From positions 15,653 through 79,652 of the forward strand of contig CAYRYS010000001.1 in the NCBI GenBank assembly GCA_964428555.1: a stretch of DNA of 64,000 nucleotides, in the 5' to 3' direction. Shown one piece after another: positions 37,893 through 49,235 of the stretch (its first letter is position 1; the number at the start of each line of letters is the position of its first letter). The translations under genes and the position numbers were made by a program. The notes beneath the pieces are model-generated. The model was not told where the DNA came from, ran no database searches, and saw only the letters and a program-made list of their open reading frames with translations. Source of the DNA: an uncultured Spirochaetales bacterium. GTDB lineage: Bacteria > Spirochaetota > Spirochaetia > CAYRYS01.

Positions 37893-38885
37893 ATGATACT
37901 ATCAATTCTCTCCCTTGTCTTTGGCCTAATTCTGCTGGTATGGAGTGCTGACAGATTTATAGACGGAGCTGCTGTTACTGCACGCCATTTCGGAATGTCT
38001 CCGCTTCTTATTGGTATGGTAATTGTCGGTTTCGGCACCTCTGCTCCAGAAATGGTTGTATCTGCTATCTCTGCATTAGAAGGGGACCCCGGGATTGCTC
38101 TTGGGAATGCTTATGGTTCTAATATATCGAATATTGCCTTTATACTCGGCGTTACCGCACTCATCAGCCCGATCTTCGTAGATTCAAAGATACTCAAAAA
38201 AGAACTCCCAATACTTACCCTTGTTACTGTTCTTAGTGTCTTTTTAATCTGGGACAGGGGCATATCCAGACTGGATGCGTTTATCTTGCTTGTGGTGTTT
38301 TTCGGCTTTTTCGGATGGTCTATACGTCAGGGAATAAAGCACAGGGACGACTCCTGGGATTCGGAGATGGAAAAGGAGCTGGGGGTCCAGAAAATGGGTA
38401 TAAAACTGGCTGTTTTCTGGCTCATTCTCGGTTCTATTCTCTTAGTTGTCTCCTCACGGATGCTCGTATGGGGGGCTGTTTTTATTGCACAATCCTTAGG
38501 CGTTAGTAATCTGATAATCGGACTTACTATTGTTGCTCTGGGAACCTCATTACCGGAATTGGCTTCTTCAGTAGCGGCAGCAATAAAAGGAGAGCACGAT
38601 ATTGCCCTTGGAAATGTAATTGGTTCCAATATGTTCAATACCCTTGCTGTTGTCGGTATTGCAGGGAGTATCCAGCCTATGGCAGTTGAGCAGGCCGTAC
38701 TATCAAGGGATATGCTTGTTATGGGCGGACTCACCTTATCCTTATTTATTATAGGATTTGGGTTCAATAAAAAAAATGGAGTTATTAACAGGTTTGAAGG
38801 AGCATTTCTTCTTGCTGTTTATCTCGGTTATACTGGGTATCTTTTATATACAGTATTCCTCCAGCGGTCATTGATAGGGGTATAA
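37893..38885 (+). CDS. Ca2+/Na+ antiporter (CaCA family, YrbG-type)
   Basis: Two alpha-repeat motifs (GTSAPEM and GTSLPEL). 10-TM topology. Confidence 0.8.
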   Translation: MILSILSLVFGLILLVWSADRFIDGAAVTARHFGMSPLLIGMVIVGFGTSAPEMVVSAISALEGDPGIALGNAYGSNISNIAFILGVTALISPIFVDSKILKKELPILTLVTVLSVFLIWDRGISRLDAFILLVVFFGFFGWSIRQGIKHRDDSWDSEMEKELGVQKMGIKLAVFWLILGSILLVVSSRMLVWGAVFIAQSLGVSNLIIGLTIVALGTSLPELASSVAAAIKGEHDIALGNVIGSNMFNTLAVVGIAGSIQPMAVEQAVLSRDMLVMGGLTLSLFIIGFGFNKKNGVINRFEGAFLLAVYLGYTGYLLYTVFLQRSLIGV

Positions 38886-38907
38886 GTAGAGAGCTGAAAA
38901 TTACAGA

Positions 38908-39630
38908 TTACACAAGTGTTTTGGAATACAAGACCTGGTCCCCAATCTGTTTCTGTTTCTTATACCCGTTTTTTACCAAATATTTATGGTGGGACCTATT
39001 ATCAGCATGATTTAGCGCAAGTATAAAGTCTATGTTTCTGCCAAGGTCTACTGCCATTTCTTTATACAACCTGTCTGATATACCTATATCCCTGTACTTT
39101 GCTGTTACATAATCAACATCCAGGTATACACTTTTCTGCGGAAAAAGTTCAGCGTGAATATACTGGATAAGGGCTTTTTCATCATCATTCTTGCACATTT
39201 CCGGTTCGGGTATCGGCAGATAATAGGCAAAGCCGACTGTTGTAAAGTCCTGAACTGCAAGATACACATTACCGGAGCTAAATGCATAGTCCAGTTTCTT
39301 TTCATGAAACAATGGGTAAAAATGGAGAATATCGTTTTTAAAGCTTTCAACAAAGCGCATTACTCTGCGTTTTTCTCCCTTCTCAATAGTGAGGTAGGTA
39401 AATCTACTTATGTCTCTATTAAACATACGCAATAGATAGAAAACATTTACTGCGCAAATAAAGCCGTTTGTAATGATTAGGGGAATTGAACCGATGAACA
39501 CACCATATATAACGAATGTTAGAGACCCGACCAAGTTCAGGACCCTAAGCTTTACAATGGAAACCATTAAAAGGGATATAGCAACAAAGAATGATGCAAT
39601 ATAACCGATTATTTCTACAATTGAAAACAT
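38908..39630 (-). CDS. Membrane-anchored hypothetical protein with GNAT-like C-terminal region
   Basis: Two N-terminal TMs. The C-terminal YRDIGISDRL resembles GNAT motif A. Weak. Confidence 0.35.
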   Translation of the reverse strand: MFSIVEIIGYIASFFVAISLLMVSIVKLRVLNLVGSLTFVIYGVFIGSIPLIITNGFICAVNVFYLLRMFNRDISRFTYLTIEKGEKRRVMRFVESFKNDILHFYPLFHEKKLDYAFSSGNVYLAVQDFTTVGFAYYLPIPEPEMCKNDDEKALIQYIHAELFPQKSVYLDVDYVTAKYRDIGISDRLYKEMAVDLGRNIDFILALNHADNRSHHKYLVKNGYKKQKQIGDQVLYSKTLV

Positions 39631-39948
39631 GTTTCTCCTCTTTGCCGGAATAATAACTTTGAGTATGCCATTGTATTGAAGAGTGAATTCACAGTCAAGA
39701 ACATGAAAAGAATGCAGACAAAACTTTGTATTTTACAGGTACGGGTTTGTGCTCTCCTGGGAAAAGTAGGTGGAGCCTGTGGGTATTTAATCATAATAAT
39801 TATGAGAATATTTACTCAAAGGTATAAAAAAACGTGAGTTTCGGTTATAGTAAATGTGTTAGATACGGTTTTAAAATCTATACCGTTTAATCTAATCCCC
39901 CTGACTTTGTATGAATAGGAAACCCATTTTTTTCCTTAGGAGTTTGTT

Positions 39949-41175
39949 ATGAATTTTTGTTATATACCAGTTGCATCTGACCTGCACGATCCGAAAGTAC
40001 TGAATGCTTTGCTTGCAAAATATGAGCCCCAGTTTAATGATATTGGAGGTGCTCCGTGCGGGCCTGAACCTTTTGCGAAGAGGGATACTATTTGCTATTT
40101 TATTGTTACAGGAGGTACAGAAGAAAAAGCGCTGGACCTTGTATCAAAAGCAGAAGACCCGGATAGCCCTGTCTTCCTTTTGGCCCATCCTTCACAAAAT
40201 TCCCTGCCAGCTTCTTTGGAAATTCTTGCAAAACTTCACCAGGATGGTAAAAAAGGCAAAATAATCTATCTGGATCCGGAAGACCCGGGGGCATGGAAGA
40301 ACGAGCTCTCAGATGCTGTGAAGCAAGCTGAAACAGCGAAATATCTGCGCGGGAAAACAATCGGTGTAATCGGTGATCCCTCTGACTGGCTGGTTGCCAG
40401 CTCTCCGGATACTGTGACTACAGAAACAGCCTTTGGAGTCCGCTTGAAAAGAATTTCAATGGACACCCTCCGGGATCACCTTGAATCAATTAATGATGCA
40501 GAAGTACAAAGCATGATTCAAGAAGATAAAATAGAGGAAAAATCCGTACGAGAACCGATGTCTGAAGATTTTTCTGATGCAGTTCGGGTATATTTAGGTA
40601 TGAAAAAACTGGTTGCGGCTGAAAAAATTGATGCAGTAACTTTGCGTTGTTTTGACCTTGTAATTGGAGAAAAGACAACAGGGTGTTATGCTTTGGCAAA
40701 ATTGAATGATGAAGGAATTGTTGCAGGATGTGAGGGCGATATCGTAACTGCATTAACTATGGAATGGCTGAAAGAATTGACAGGTAAGCTTCCATGGATG
40801 GCAAACCCTTCCAGGATATTCAGGAAATCCAATACACTTGTTCTTGCTCACTGTACTGTTCCATTTTCCTTGGTTTCCTCATTTACTTTCCGTTCTCATT
40901 TTGAGTCAGGAGTGGGTGTGGGGATTCAAGGGAAGGTAAAAGCAGAAGAGGTCACCCTGGTTAGAATCGGCGGAAAAAACCTGGATAGAATATGGGCAGC
41001 TGAGGGAAGGGTTGCATCAACAGGAAATGCAGCGGACCTTTGCAGAACACAAATTCACGTGCAGTTTGATGATTTTCCAAAGGATCTGCTTTCAGACCCG
41101 CTTGGTAACCATATAACAGTGATAGAGGGAAGGTTTAAAGAAACAATTTTGTCATGGTGGAATGACTACCGTTAA
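39949..41175 (+). CDS. L-fucose/L-arabinose isomerase-family protein (putative sugar isomerase), low certainty
   Basis: 408 aa. The central GCYALAKLNDEGIVAGCEGDIVTA block resembles the FucI/AraA C-terminal catalytic region. By memory only. Confidence 0.4.
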   Translation: MNFCYIPVASDLHDPKVLNALLAKYEPQFNDIGGAPCGPEPFAKRDTICYFIVTGGTEEKALDLVSKAEDPDSPVFLLAHPSQNSLPASLEILAKLHQDGKKGKIIYLDPEDPGAWKNELSDAVKQAETAKYLRGKTIGVIGDPSDWLVASSPDTVTTETAFGVRLKRISMDTLRDHLESINDAEVQSMIQEDKIEEKSVREPMSEDFSDAVRVYLGMKKLVAAEKIDAVTLRCFDLVIGEKTTGCYALAKLNDEGIVAGCEGDIVTALTMEWLKELTGKLPWMANPSRIFRKSNTLVLAHCTVPFSLVSSFTFRSHFESGVGVGIQGKVKAEEVTLVRIGGKNLDRIWAAEGRVASTGNAADLCRTQIHVQFDDFPKDLLSDPLGNHITVIEGRFKETILSWWNDYR

Positions 41176-41216
41176 TACTTTGTATAGGGAACATCAATTC
41201 CTGTTATCCGTAAACT

Positions 41217-41579
41217 CTATGCATTACCGTCACAGCTTTGACACTTATTATTGTCAAAGTAGAGGCTGCGTTTTAGTTCCATGGTTTTTCCGCAGGATGT
41301 GCAGGTCCGGGAAAAGACCAGTATAGCATCCTTTTTCCAGAAGGCAAAAACTGCAGCACCTAAGACAGCTGGAGCAAGTATCCAGTGTTCTGCTTGGTAT
41401 TCTGTAATAAGAAAACTCGCTCCGTAGAGAAGTGTAAGAATAACCGCAATATACAAAGTAGCAAAACGCTTTTTTACGCCTGCCTTCTGATACTTCCTCT
41501 GTGTGAGATTAAAAACAAATACTGCGATTACTGCAAATGCTAGTACCTGCTGAATTATTTTAATAAAATCTGCTTCCAT
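41217..41579 (-). CDS. Small membrane protein with C-terminal zinc-ribbon (CxxC...CxxC)
   Basis: Three TMs followed by CTSCGKTMELKRSLYFDNNKCQSC. Confidence 0.4.
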   Translation of the reverse strand: MEADFIKIIQQVLAFAVIAVFVFNLTQRKYQKAGVKKRFATLYIAVILTLLYGASFLITEYQAEHWILAPAVLGAAVFAFWKKDAILVFSRTCTSCGKTMELKRSLYFDNNKCQSCDGNA

Positions 41580-41716
41580 ATAGGAACTCTATCAAGTACT
41601 GGCACTAAAGGTCAATAATGCTGAAAACCACGATAGAAAAAAAGATATACTAGGACTTTGAAATTGCTTAAATTCCGTTTATACTTAAAGGTCACAATCA
41701 AGTATTTGAGGTAAAT

Positions 41717-43027
41717 ATGCGAATAACAGATATTATTGCAAAAAAACAGCACGGTAAAACCCTTACTAAAGAAGAGATAGACTTTTTCTTGAAAGGATAT
41801 GTTAAAGGTGATATTCCTGACTATCAGGCAGCAGCATTGATGATGGCTGTTTGGTTCCAGGATATGGATAGCCGTGAAACCACGGATTTGACATTGTCCA
41901 TGGCTGCTTCAGGAGACCAGATAGACCTTTCAGCTATTGAAGGAATAAAGGTTGATAAACATTCAACAGGAGGAGTTGCAGATACAACCACTTTGATTGT
42001 TGCTCCACTTGTTGCAGCATGCGGCGGAAAGGTAGCCAAAATGTCAGGCCGCGGGCTTGGGCACACAGGGGGCACTTTAGATAAGCTTGAATCCATTCCC
42101 GGGTTCAATGTTAATCAGACTATGGATCGTTTTGCAGAGATTGTGCGTATCTGCGGGCTTTCTATAATTGGACAAACTGCGGATCTTGTCCCTGCAGATA
42201 AAAAGCTCTATGCCCTTAGGGATGTAACATCCACTATTGACAGCATACCGCTTATAGCATCCTCTATAATGAGTAAAAAAATTGCAGCAGGAAGCAATGC
42301 AATTGTTCTGGATGTAAAAACAGGGTCAGGGGCCTTTATGCAGGAACCTGAGGAGTCAAAGAAACTCGCACAGCTAATGGTTAAAATCGGCGCGCTTGCA
42401 GGAAGAAAAACTATGGCTTTGGTAACAGATATGAGCCAGCCCCTGGGAATGGCAATCGGTAATAGCATAGAAGTCCGGGAAGCAGTGGAAATCCTGCAAG
42501 GAGAACACTCTGAAAGGGCGCTTCGATTCGTTTCCTTTTCTCTCGCTGCCCAGATGCTTATACTCTCTGGACTCTACACAGATGAATCTACTGCACAGCT
42601 TGCATTGGAAAATGCTGTTGAGGATAGGAGCGGACTTGCTAAATTCGCTGAAATGATAGAAATGCAGGGTGGAGATCCGAAAATATGCGAAGATGTAACA
42701 AGACTTCCCAAAGCAGAAGAAGAGGTCTCAATAAAGGCACAGAAAAGCGGATACATCGGTTCCATGGACACTGCTGCAATCGGTACAGCTGCACAGATGC
42801 TTGGTGCAGGTAGAGCGAAGAAAGAAGATACGATTGATCCTGCTGTAGGAATATGGATGAAGCAGCGATTAGGCAGTCCTGTTGAAAAGGGTGATGAGAT
42901 TGCTGTATTTCATGTTAATGACCGGAACAATTTTGAAGAATCAAAGCAGCGTTTTCTGGATGCAGTTCAAATAAAAAATACCCCAGTAAAAAAACCGAAA
43001 TTAGTGTACGCAAAAATACAAGAATAA
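41717..43027 (+). CDS. pdp: Pyrimidine-nucleoside (thymidine) phosphorylase
   Basis: N-terminal ITDIIAKKQHGKTLTKEEIDFFLKGY and the DKHSTGGVAD phosphate-binding motif. Confidence 0.85.
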   Translation: MRITDIIAKKQHGKTLTKEEIDFFLKGYVKGDIPDYQAAALMMAVWFQDMDSRETTDLTLSMAASGDQIDLSAIEGIKVDKHSTGGVADTTTLIVAPLVAACGGKVAKMSGRGLGHTGGTLDKLESIPGFNVNQTMDRFAEIVRICGLSIIGQTADLVPADKKLYALRDVTSTIDSIPLIASSIMSKKIAAGSNAIVLDVKTGSGAFMQEPEESKKLAQLMVKIGALAGRKTMALVTDMSQPLGMAIGNSIEVREAVEILQGEHSERALRFVSFSLAAQMLILSGLYTDESTAQLALENAVEDRSGLAKFAEMIEMQGGDPKICEDVTRLPKAEEEVSIKAQKSGYIGSMDTAAIGTAAQMLGAGRAKKEDTIDPAVGIWMKQRLGSPVEKGDEIAVFHVNDRNNFEESKQRFLDAVQIKNTPVKKPKLVYAKIQE

Positions 43028-43111
43028 TCTAATAGGCTAGTGTCTAACGTTTTGTAAAAACTATAAAACTGCTAATATATGTTTTACATATTAAATAATT
43101 AAGGAGATTTT

Positions 43112-43780
43112 ATGAATTATACAAAAACAAAAGTCGCATCTATGATCGACCATACAGCACTTAAAGCTGTTACAACTTTGGCGGATGTTAAAAAACTATG
43201 TGATGAAGCAAAAGAGCACGGATTTGCATCTGTATGTGTTAATCCCGCATATATATCTTTTGTTGCAAATGAGCTCAAAGGCTCTAATGTGCTTACCTGC
43301 TCTGTAATCGGGTTTCCCCTGGGAGCAAATACCCCTGAGATAAAGGCGAAAGAGACAGAAACTGCTGTTTCCGAAGGCGCGCAGGAAGTTGACATGGTAA
43401 TTAATGTAGGCGCATTAAAAAGCGGCGACATGGAAGCAGTGCTCAAAGATATAAAGGCTGTTGTGGATGCTTCAGGAAATGCTGAAGTTAAAGTAATTAT
43501 CGAGACATGTTATCTTACTGATGATGAAAAGGTCTCGGTGTGTAAGCTTGCAAAGCAGGCTGGTGCAGATTTTGTAAAAACCTCTACAGGCTTTGGTACA
43601 GGAGGAGCAACTGCTGAAGATGTAAAACTTATGAAAGCAGCTGTTGAAGGCACCCTGAAAGTAAAGGCTTCAGGGGGGATCCGAACAGCGGAAGATGCAA
43701 ATGCAATGCTTGAGGCTGGTGCAGACCGGATAGGAGCTAGTGCAGGTATCGCAATTATTGAAGGATTCCCAGCAGAATAA
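43112..43780 (+). CDS. deoC: Deoxyribose-phosphate aldolase
   Basis: 222 aa. VCVNP, Schiff-base Lys context (FVKTSTGF) and a typical DeoC length. Confidence 0.85.
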   Translation: MNYTKTKVASMIDHTALKAVTTLADVKKLCDEAKEHGFASVCVNPAYISFVANELKGSNVLTCSVIGFPLGANTPEIKAKETETAVSEGAQEVDMVINVGALKSGDMEAVLKDIKAVVDASGNAEVKVIIETCYLTDDEKVSVCKLAKQAGADFVKTSTGFGTGGATAEDVKLMKAAVEGTLKVKASGGIRTAEDANAMLEAGADRIGASAGIAIIEGFPAE

Positions 43781-43793
43781 TTTGGAGTAGAAT

Positions 43794-44972
43794 ATGCGTG
43801 TTTATACACTGGTAATTGATAGTTTTGGGATTGGAGCTCTTCCGGATGCGGAGAATTACGGAGACAAAGGGGCTAACACAGCGCTGCACATCTGCGAAGC
43901 AGTTTCTTCAGTGCGGTGGAACAATTTAAAAGCCTTGGGACTGGGCAATGCCTCAGAACTGCTCGGAAATCCGCTTCCCGGGTGCGGTGCAATTGAGGAT
44001 CCTTTGGGCTGTTACGGTGTAATGAAAGAAGTTTCTCCCGGAAAAGACACCACAACCGGTCACTGGGAAATTGCAGGTGTACACCTTGATAAGCCGTTTT
44101 TCACTTTTCCACCTGATTATCCCTCATTCCCAGAGGAACTTCTTGATGAGTTTACTGCACGGACAGGCAGAGGAGTTCTTGGAAATAAAGCTGCTTCTGG
44201 TACAGTCATTATTCAGGAACTCGGGGATGAACATGTAAGAACCGGAAAACCAATTGTCTACACCTCAGCAGACTCTGTATTTCAGATTGCAGCACATGAA
44301 GATATAATTTCAGTTAAGGAACTCTATGAAATGTGCGAGATAGCCCGTGAACTGTGTGATCCGTATCAGGTTGCCCGGGTTATAGCGCGTCCATTTGTTG
44401 GAGAAAGCGGTAATTATACACGGACACCAAGGCGTCATGATTACAGCATTCAGCTTCCGGAGAAATCGATTATGGGCTATCTTCAGGATAAGGGTGTCCG
44501 GACAATAGGGGTTGGAAAAATCGGGGATATTTTCAATATGCAGGGTATTGACATCACCTATCCTGAAAAGGGAAATCCTGCGTGTATTAAAAAAACACTG
44601 GAGCTTATCAGCACTGAAGCAAGGGGCGATGAATTTGTTTTTGTAAATCTTGTGGACACTGACATGGTGTACGGCCACAGGCGTGATCCGAAGGGGTATC
44701 ATGATTCTGTTGCAGAAACAGATGAAGCTATTGGGGAGATGTTAGGATTAATGGGTAAGGATGATTTACTCATCATAACAGCAGACCATGGATGTGATCC
44801 TACATACAAAGGATCTGATCATACCAGAGAACATGTGCCCCTGCTTTTTTACGGAAAAAGAGCGGGAAACTCATCCCTGGGTGTCCGGGAAAGCTTTGCT
44901 GATATAGCTGCAACTGTTGCCGATGTTTTTGGTATAAGTGAATATAAGAAGGGGGAAAGTTTTCTTGTCTAA
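43794..44972 (+). CDS. deoB: Phosphopentomutase
   Basis: N-terminal VIDSFGIGALPDA and metal-binding Asp/His blocks (TADHGCDP). 392 aa. Confidence 0.85.
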   Translation: MRVYTLVIDSFGIGALPDAENYGDKGANTALHICEAVSSVRWNNLKALGLGNASELLGNPLPGCGAIEDPLGCYGVMKEVSPGKDTTTGHWEIAGVHLDKPFFTFPPDYPSFPEELLDEFTARTGRGVLGNKAASGTVIIQELGDEHVRTGKPIVYTSADSVFQIAAHEDIISVKELYEMCEIARELCDPYQVARVIARPFVGESGNYTRTPRRHDYSIQLPEKSIMGYLQDKGVRTIGVGKIGDIFNMQGIDITYPEKGNPACIKKTLELISTEARGDEFVFVNLVDTDMVYGHRRDPKGYHDSVAETDEAIGEMLGLMGKDDLLIITADHGCDPTYKGSDHTREHVPLLFYGKRAGNSSLGVRESFADIAATVADVFGISEYKKGESFLV

Positions 44973-45098
44973 GATTACTTATTCTTTGAAAGTTAATCAT
45001 CTTTTTACTTGACACCGGATATTTCTCAAGATATGGTAAAATGTTAATGTATAGCACTATGATTACAGATCATAAAAATATGAAAAGGAGAAGAGGGT

Positions 45099-46235
45099 AT
45101 GAAAAAACTATTATTCGTACTGGCGCTTTTAATGACTGCCGGACTGTTGTTTGCAGGCGGCGCACAGGAGCCGGCAGATGAACCGGACTACAGAATTGGT
45201 ATTGTATTTGATGTTGGAGGAAAGGGCGACCTTTCATTCAATGACTCTGCATATGAAGGCCTTGTACGGCTTGCAGAAGACTATAATGGATTTATTCAGG
45301 ATGATCCTGATGATGTTGACCATGGAGATGATATTCTTCTTAAGTACCTTGAACCCCGTGAAGGCGGTCAGGACAGAGAAATGCTCCTCCGCATTATGGC
45401 TGAAGACGGCTTTGATCTGGTAATTGGTGTCGGATTTGCGTTTACTGATTCAATTCCAGAAGTTGCCTCGGATTTTCCGGAAACTCACTTTGGTCTAATT
45501 GACGGTTTTGTACCAGACCTCGATGAAGACAGTAATCTAACATGCCTTGCTTTTGATGAGCATGAAGGTTCTTTCCTCGTGGGTGCTGTGGCTGGTTTGG
45601 TTGCAAACGATGATCCGATAGGCTATATCGGCGGAATGGACATTCCTCTTATTCACAAGTTTCACGCAGGCTTTTTCGCAGGCGCAATGTGGACAAACCC
45701 TGTTCTAAGAGATCCTGATATGCTTCTAGGACAGTACATTGCATCCGATCCTTCAGGTTTCGGCGACCCAAGCAGAGCTGCAACAATTGCTACAAATATG
45801 TACAACCAGGGTGCTGAGATTATCTATCACGCTGCCGGCGCTTCAGGAACTGGTCTTTTCCGTGTAGCAAGAGATATGGACAGATGGGCTATCGGTGTTG
45901 ACTCAGATCAGGGACTCAGGTATGCGGAATCAGATTCTCCAGAAGAAAGAGAGATTGCTGAGCATATCCTTACTTCTATGATAAAGAGAGTAGACCAGGC
46001 TGTATATCTTACCGCACAAGAGCTTATTGAAACCGGCAGTGTAACTGGCGGATACCGCTCATTCGGTATTGAAGATGCAGGTGTTGGTGTAGCTATCAAT
46101 GAATATAACGAAGAAGTTATGGAACCGTTTATTCCTGTTATTGATGAGCTTTCAGAAATGATTATGTCCGATGAAATTGAAGTTCCGGAGCATGATGATC
46201 AATTAGTAGATTGGGCACTGAATTACTTCGAATAG
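45099..46235 (+). CDS. BMP-family (basic membrane protein) nucleoside-binding ABC transporter substrate-binding protein
   Basis: Signal peptide. Bmp/PnrA-like blocks (IGIVFDVGGKGDLSFND, GYIGGMDIPLIHKF). Confidence 0.8.
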   Translation: MKKLLFVLALLMTAGLLFAGGAQEPADEPDYRIGIVFDVGGKGDLSFNDSAYEGLVRLAEDYNGFIQDDPDDVDHGDDILLKYLEPREGGQDREMLLRIMAEDGFDLVIGVGFAFTDSIPEVASDFPETHFGLIDGFVPDLDEDSNLTCLAFDEHEGSFLVGAVAGLVANDDPIGYIGGMDIPLIHKFHAGFFAGAMWTNPVLRDPDMLLGQYIASDPSGFGDPSRAATIATNMYNQGAEIIYHAAGASGTGLFRVARDMDRWAIGVDSDQGLRYAESDSPEEREIAEHILTSMIKRVDQAVYLTAQELIETGSVTGGYRSFGIEDAGVGVAINEYNEEVMEPFIPVIDELSEMIMSDEIEVPEHDDQLVDWALNYFE

Positions 46236-46252
46236 GTCCGCCTAATTATAAA

Positions 46253-46283
46253 AAGCGGGATGAAAGCCATCCCGCTTTTTTTA
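46253..46283 (+). terminator. Rho-independent terminator after the BMP gene
   Basis: GCGGGATG-AAAGC-CATCCCGC hairpin followed by T7. Confidence 0.65.
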
Positions 46284-46366
46284 GCAGCTGTTTATATGTA
46301 AAATAAAGTTTCTAAATAATTCTATTAATCTATGCAGAGTACATACTGTGTGGAAAGGAGAAATAT

Positions 46367-47881
46367 ATGGCGCTCCTTAAAATGGAGGGAATAACCAAGG
46401 TATTTCCCGGTGTCATTGCAAACGACCATATCGATTTTGAGCTTTTTGAAGGCCAAGTACACGCTCTGGTCGGAGAAAATGGCGCAGGGAAAACTACCCT
46501 CATGAAGATTCTGTATGGTTTGTATAAGCCTGATGAGGGAAGTATATCAATCCGTGACGAGAAGATTTCCATAAAAAATCCAAAGGACGCGATATCTCAA
46601 GGAATTGGAATGGTCCATCAGCATTTCATGCTTGTTCCACCCTTTAACGCGGTAGAAAATATTGTTCTTGGGGATGAGGATCATACAGCAGGATATTTGC
46701 AGATGGCCCAGCCGACTGCAAAAATTGAATCGCTCATGAAAGCAAACAATCTGGAAGTGAATCTTAGTGTAAGCGTCGAAGACCTGCCGGTTGGTGTTCA
46801 GCAGAGAGTAGAAATCCTGAAAATATTATACCGCGGCGCAGAAATACTCGTTTTTGATGAGCCCACAGCAGTGCTTACCCCTCAAGAGGTTCATGAACTG
46901 TTTAATACATTGAACCAGCTAAAAGAGCAGGGAAAAGGTATTATCTTCATAAGCCATAAGCTGGATGAAGTTCTGAACATTGCTGATAAGATTACAGTTA
47001 TTAGACGAGGAAAAATAATTGACACATTAGATAGAAAAGATGCAACAAAGCCGAAAATTGCAGAACTTATGGTAGGAAAGCCTGTACTTTTCAAGGTGGA
47101 TAAACCTGAGAAAAAGCCCGGGGAAGCGGTACTTGAGGTTGAGAAGGTGACTGTAGAAAATAACTCAGGTCAAAAGGCACTTAACCGGATAAGTTTCTCT
47201 GTTCACGAAGGCGAGATTTACGGAATAGCAGGTGTTGAAGGAAACGGTCAGTCTGAACTCATTAATGCAATAGCATATGAAGTGGATAAAATCGACGGGG
47301 ATATCCGTCTTAGCAACGAAAATATGCTAAAATGGAATGTACGGAAAAGAAGAGAGAAGGGACTTGGACACATACCTGAAGATAGACACCGTTTTGGACT
47401 TTTTATGCCGTATTCGCTTGCTGAGAATATGGTACTTGGTATGCATCATAAACCGCCTTTTGTGGATAAACTCCAGATAATTCAAAAAGAGAATATTAAT
47501 GACCATGCCAGAGAACTGATTGATGAGTATGATATTCGAACCCCTTCAGAGCAGGTTCCGGCAAACACACTTTCCGGCGGAAATCAGCAGAAGGTTATTA
47601 TTGCCAGGGAGATGAGTTTTGATCCTGAATTATTAATCGCAGCACAGCCGACACGCGGTGTGGACATTGGAGCACAGGAGTTTATTTACAAACAACTGGT
47701 GAATGCAAGAAGCGAAAACAAGGCTGTGCTTTTAATATCAGCAGACCTTGACGAGATACTTTCTCTTTCAGACAGGATCGGTGTAATTTATAAAGGAAAA
47801 ATTGTAAAAGAATTCAAAAGCTCTGAAGTAACAAAAGAAGAGGTGGGCTTCTATATGATGGGAGATAAAGCGCATGAGTGA
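46367..47881 (+). CDS. ABC transporter ATP-binding protein with duplicated NBDs (nucleoside/sugar type)
   Basis: Two Walker A motifs (GENGAGKTT and GVEGNGQSE) and two signature motifs. 504 aa. Confidence 0.85.
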   Translation: MALLKMEGITKVFPGVIANDHIDFELFEGQVHALVGENGAGKTTLMKILYGLYKPDEGSISIRDEKISIKNPKDAISQGIGMVHQHFMLVPPFNAVENIVLGDEDHTAGYLQMAQPTAKIESLMKANNLEVNLSVSVEDLPVGVQQRVEILKILYRGAEILVFDEPTAVLTPQEVHELFNTLNQLKEQGKGIIFISHKLDEVLNIADKITVIRRGKIIDTLDRKDATKPKIAELMVGKPVLFKVDKPEKKPGEAVLEVEKVTVENNSGQKALNRISFSVHEGEIYGIAGVEGNGQSELINAIAYEVDKIDGDIRLSNENMLKWNVRKRREKGLGHIPEDRHRFGLFMPYSLAENMVLGMHHKPPFVDKLQIIQKENINDHARELIDEYDIRTPSEQVPANTLSGGNQQKVIIAREMSFDPELLIAAQPTRGVDIGAQEFIYKQLVNARSENKAVLLISADLDEILSLSDRIGVIYKGKIVKEFKSSEVTKEEVGFYMMGDKAHE

Positions 47882-49235
47882 GAAGAAAGGTATTCTGAAA
47901 TTTGACAAGTACAGCCTGCTGGAAGCTGCTTCACCTTTTATCGGTTTTGCTGCTGCTATAGTAATCCTTTTTGTAATTGTGATACTAGTAGGCGAAAGTC
48001 CAGCACGAGCTTTATCTGCGATTATTCGTTTCAGCATGGGAAATACTGGAAGATTGATGACTGTTTTCTCAATTGCTATTCCACTTTTTATTTCCGGACT
48101 GGCTGTATCATTTGCATTTAGAGCAGGTGTGTTTAATATTGGGGCGAACGGACAATACCTTGTAGGCGGTATGGTTGGCGCAATAGCGGGTATTTACCTC
48201 GATCTGCCTTCCTTTATCCATATACCCGTTGTTGTCCTTGCAAGTATGCTCGGTGGTGCTCTCTGGGCTGCAATTCCGGCTATTATGAAGGTAAAAAAAG
48301 GTGTGCACGAGGTTATTACTACAATTATGTTTAATAATATAGCACTTGCCTTAGTTAACTATATGGTAAATGGCCCTCTTTTAGGTGTTGAAGGCGGAAG
48401 CAGTCTTGAACCTCAAACAGCACAGATCCATGAATCTGCATTATTCGGGAAACTTAACTATCTTTTTCGTGGTGCACCTGCTTCGGATCCAGCCTTTAGG
48501 TGGGGTCCTGCGCTAATTATGAACGCAATAGTGCTGGCTGGTTTGTTTTTTCTCTTTAAAAAGATACTAGCTTTGTTCAATATAACAGGAAAGAAAAAAG
48601 AGGAAAAAACTGAAAAGCAAAAATCCGGTTTATTTGCATGGGTTTCAAAGAACCGCGAGTATCTTATTGCCGGATTACTTTCAATTGTCGCAATACGAAT
48701 TGTGCATTTCATTATTCAGACAGTCTCATTGAATATTCCTGAACATGTTTATCTGGATTATAGCCTTATTATTGCAATTATCATGGGCACGTTTGTATGG
48801 TTTTTCCTATTTAAACTTCGCTTTGGTTTTGAAGTACGCTCAGTTGGAACAGCTATTGATGTTTCTAAATACTCTGGTATGAATGTTAAAAGGATACAGC
48901 TTGGTGCATTTCTTTTTTCAGGGGCATTGGCCGGCTTAATTGGTACCCAGGAAATCTTTGCTATCAGAGGTTTTTATACCTATCAGCTTGCCGCAAACCT
49001 CGGATTCGATGGAATTGCAATTGCATTGATCGGACGAAATTCTCCGATCGGTGTTGTGTTCTCATCAATCCTTTTTGCCTTTCTAAAGCAGGCAGGATAC
49101 GGAATGCAGCTCTATACATCTGTTCCGAATTCGGTTATTTATGTAATTACCGGTTTAATGATTATCTTCATTGTAGTTACCAATGAGATATTGACCCGCT
49201 ATATTAGGGCTCTGAGGAAGAAGGAGGCACAGTAA
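47874..49235 (+). CDS. ABC transporter permease (BMP-system, first TMD)
   Basis: Multi-TM, 453 aa. It overlaps the ATPase stop by 8 nt. Confidence 0.8.
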   Translation: MSEKKGILKFDKYSLLEAASPFIGFAAAIVILFVIVILVGESPARALSAIIRFSMGNTGRLMTVFSIAIPLFISGLAVSFAFRAGVFNIGANGQYLVGGMVGAIAGIYLDLPSFIHIPVVVLASMLGGALWAAIPAIMKVKKGVHEVITTIMFNNIALALVNYMVNGPLLGVEGGSSLEPQTAQIHESALFGKLNYLFRGAPASDPAFRWGPALIMNAIVLAGLFFLFKKILALFNITGKKKEEKTEKQKSGLFAWVSKNREYLIAGLLSIVAIRIVHFIIQTVSLNIPEHVYLDYSLIIAIIMGTFVWFFLFKLRFGFEVRSVGTAIDVSKYSGMNVKRIQLGAFLFSGALAGLIGTQEIFAIRGFYTYQLAANLGFDGIAIALIGRNSPIGVVFSSILFAFLKQAGYGMQLYTSVPNSVIYVITGLMIIFIVVTNEILTRYIRALRKKEAQ